Below the pieces are notes generated by a model. That model searched no databases and was not told the origin of the DNA. It saw only the letters and a list, made by a program, of their open reading frames with translations. The position numbers were made by a program, and so were the translations under genes. A stretch of DNA of 63,829 bases, filler included, from Octopus bimaculoides (taxonomy: Eukaryota): NCBI RefSeq assembly GCF_001194135.2. It is 6 parts of 5 records of this genome, joined end to end, with 100 filler letters (N's around TTAATTAATTAA, not from the genome) between each part and the next. Parts side by side here need not be neighbours in the genome. Positions count along the whole stretch, not along the records: positions 62,564 to 63,829 come from NC_068981.1; 5 more parts are not named here. The stretch is one strand, 5' to 3'. This document shows positions 63,622 through 63,829 of this stretch, piece after piece. Each line of letters starts with the position of its first letter. Within the stretch, counting starts at the first letter, position 1.

Positions 63622-63829
63622 CTTTTTATGCATTCCCGGCAGGTGTTTTAACCAGAAATTGGGGATCTTGTCGTGTCCAGGTGCCTTCCAGTTACTTAGT
63701 CTTTGCAGTGTCTGGGTGACCTCTTCAGTTGTTATAGGGGCCCAGAGTTGCTCAGGTGCTAAGTTCGTTGTTTTAATGGTCCTTTTCTGGGGTTGTTGCT
63801 TCACCGGCCATATTTATTTCCATAATTTC
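63622..63829 (-). pseudogene. R4/Dong-like RT domain-0 fragment, opposite orientation (runs off window)
   Basis: WAPITTEEVTQTLQRLSNWKAPGHDKIPNFWLKHLPGMH carries the NWKAPG.D.I.NFWLK motif. Confidence 0.85.

Overview
AT-rich eukaryotic, gap-riddled draft-assembly DNA with no confidently recognisable host protein-coding gene. It reads as an intron or intergenic region, most likely from an octopod cephalopod. That taxon is an inference from the tRNA-derived SINE families and the extreme microsatellite load. Almost all long entries in the ORF track are artefacts of microsatellites or N-gaps. What can be supported is a layered mobile-element record: (1) three tRNA-headed SINE families, including a dimeric SINE that moved as one unit (two copies have perfect 13-bp target-site duplications); (2) Penelope-like element traces, including a 317-bp palindrome whose two arms each carry a minimal type-I hammerhead ribozyme (one looks intact), and a GIY-YIG C-terminus followed by a second hammerhead-like motif; (3) two Helitron families, one with both termini, a duplicated 5' end and no helicase; (4) mariner and DD37D/maT remnants, including a two-left-ends structure and a 124-bp MITE; (5) a CR1/L2-type LINE 3' fragment; (6) a cluster of R4/Dong-like RLE retrotransposons at 59.4-63.8 kb, mostly head-to-tail and joined by (AAT)n/(GAT)n tails. 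A few weak candidate exons and faint local duplications are flagged at low confidence. All translations and alignments were done by eye.
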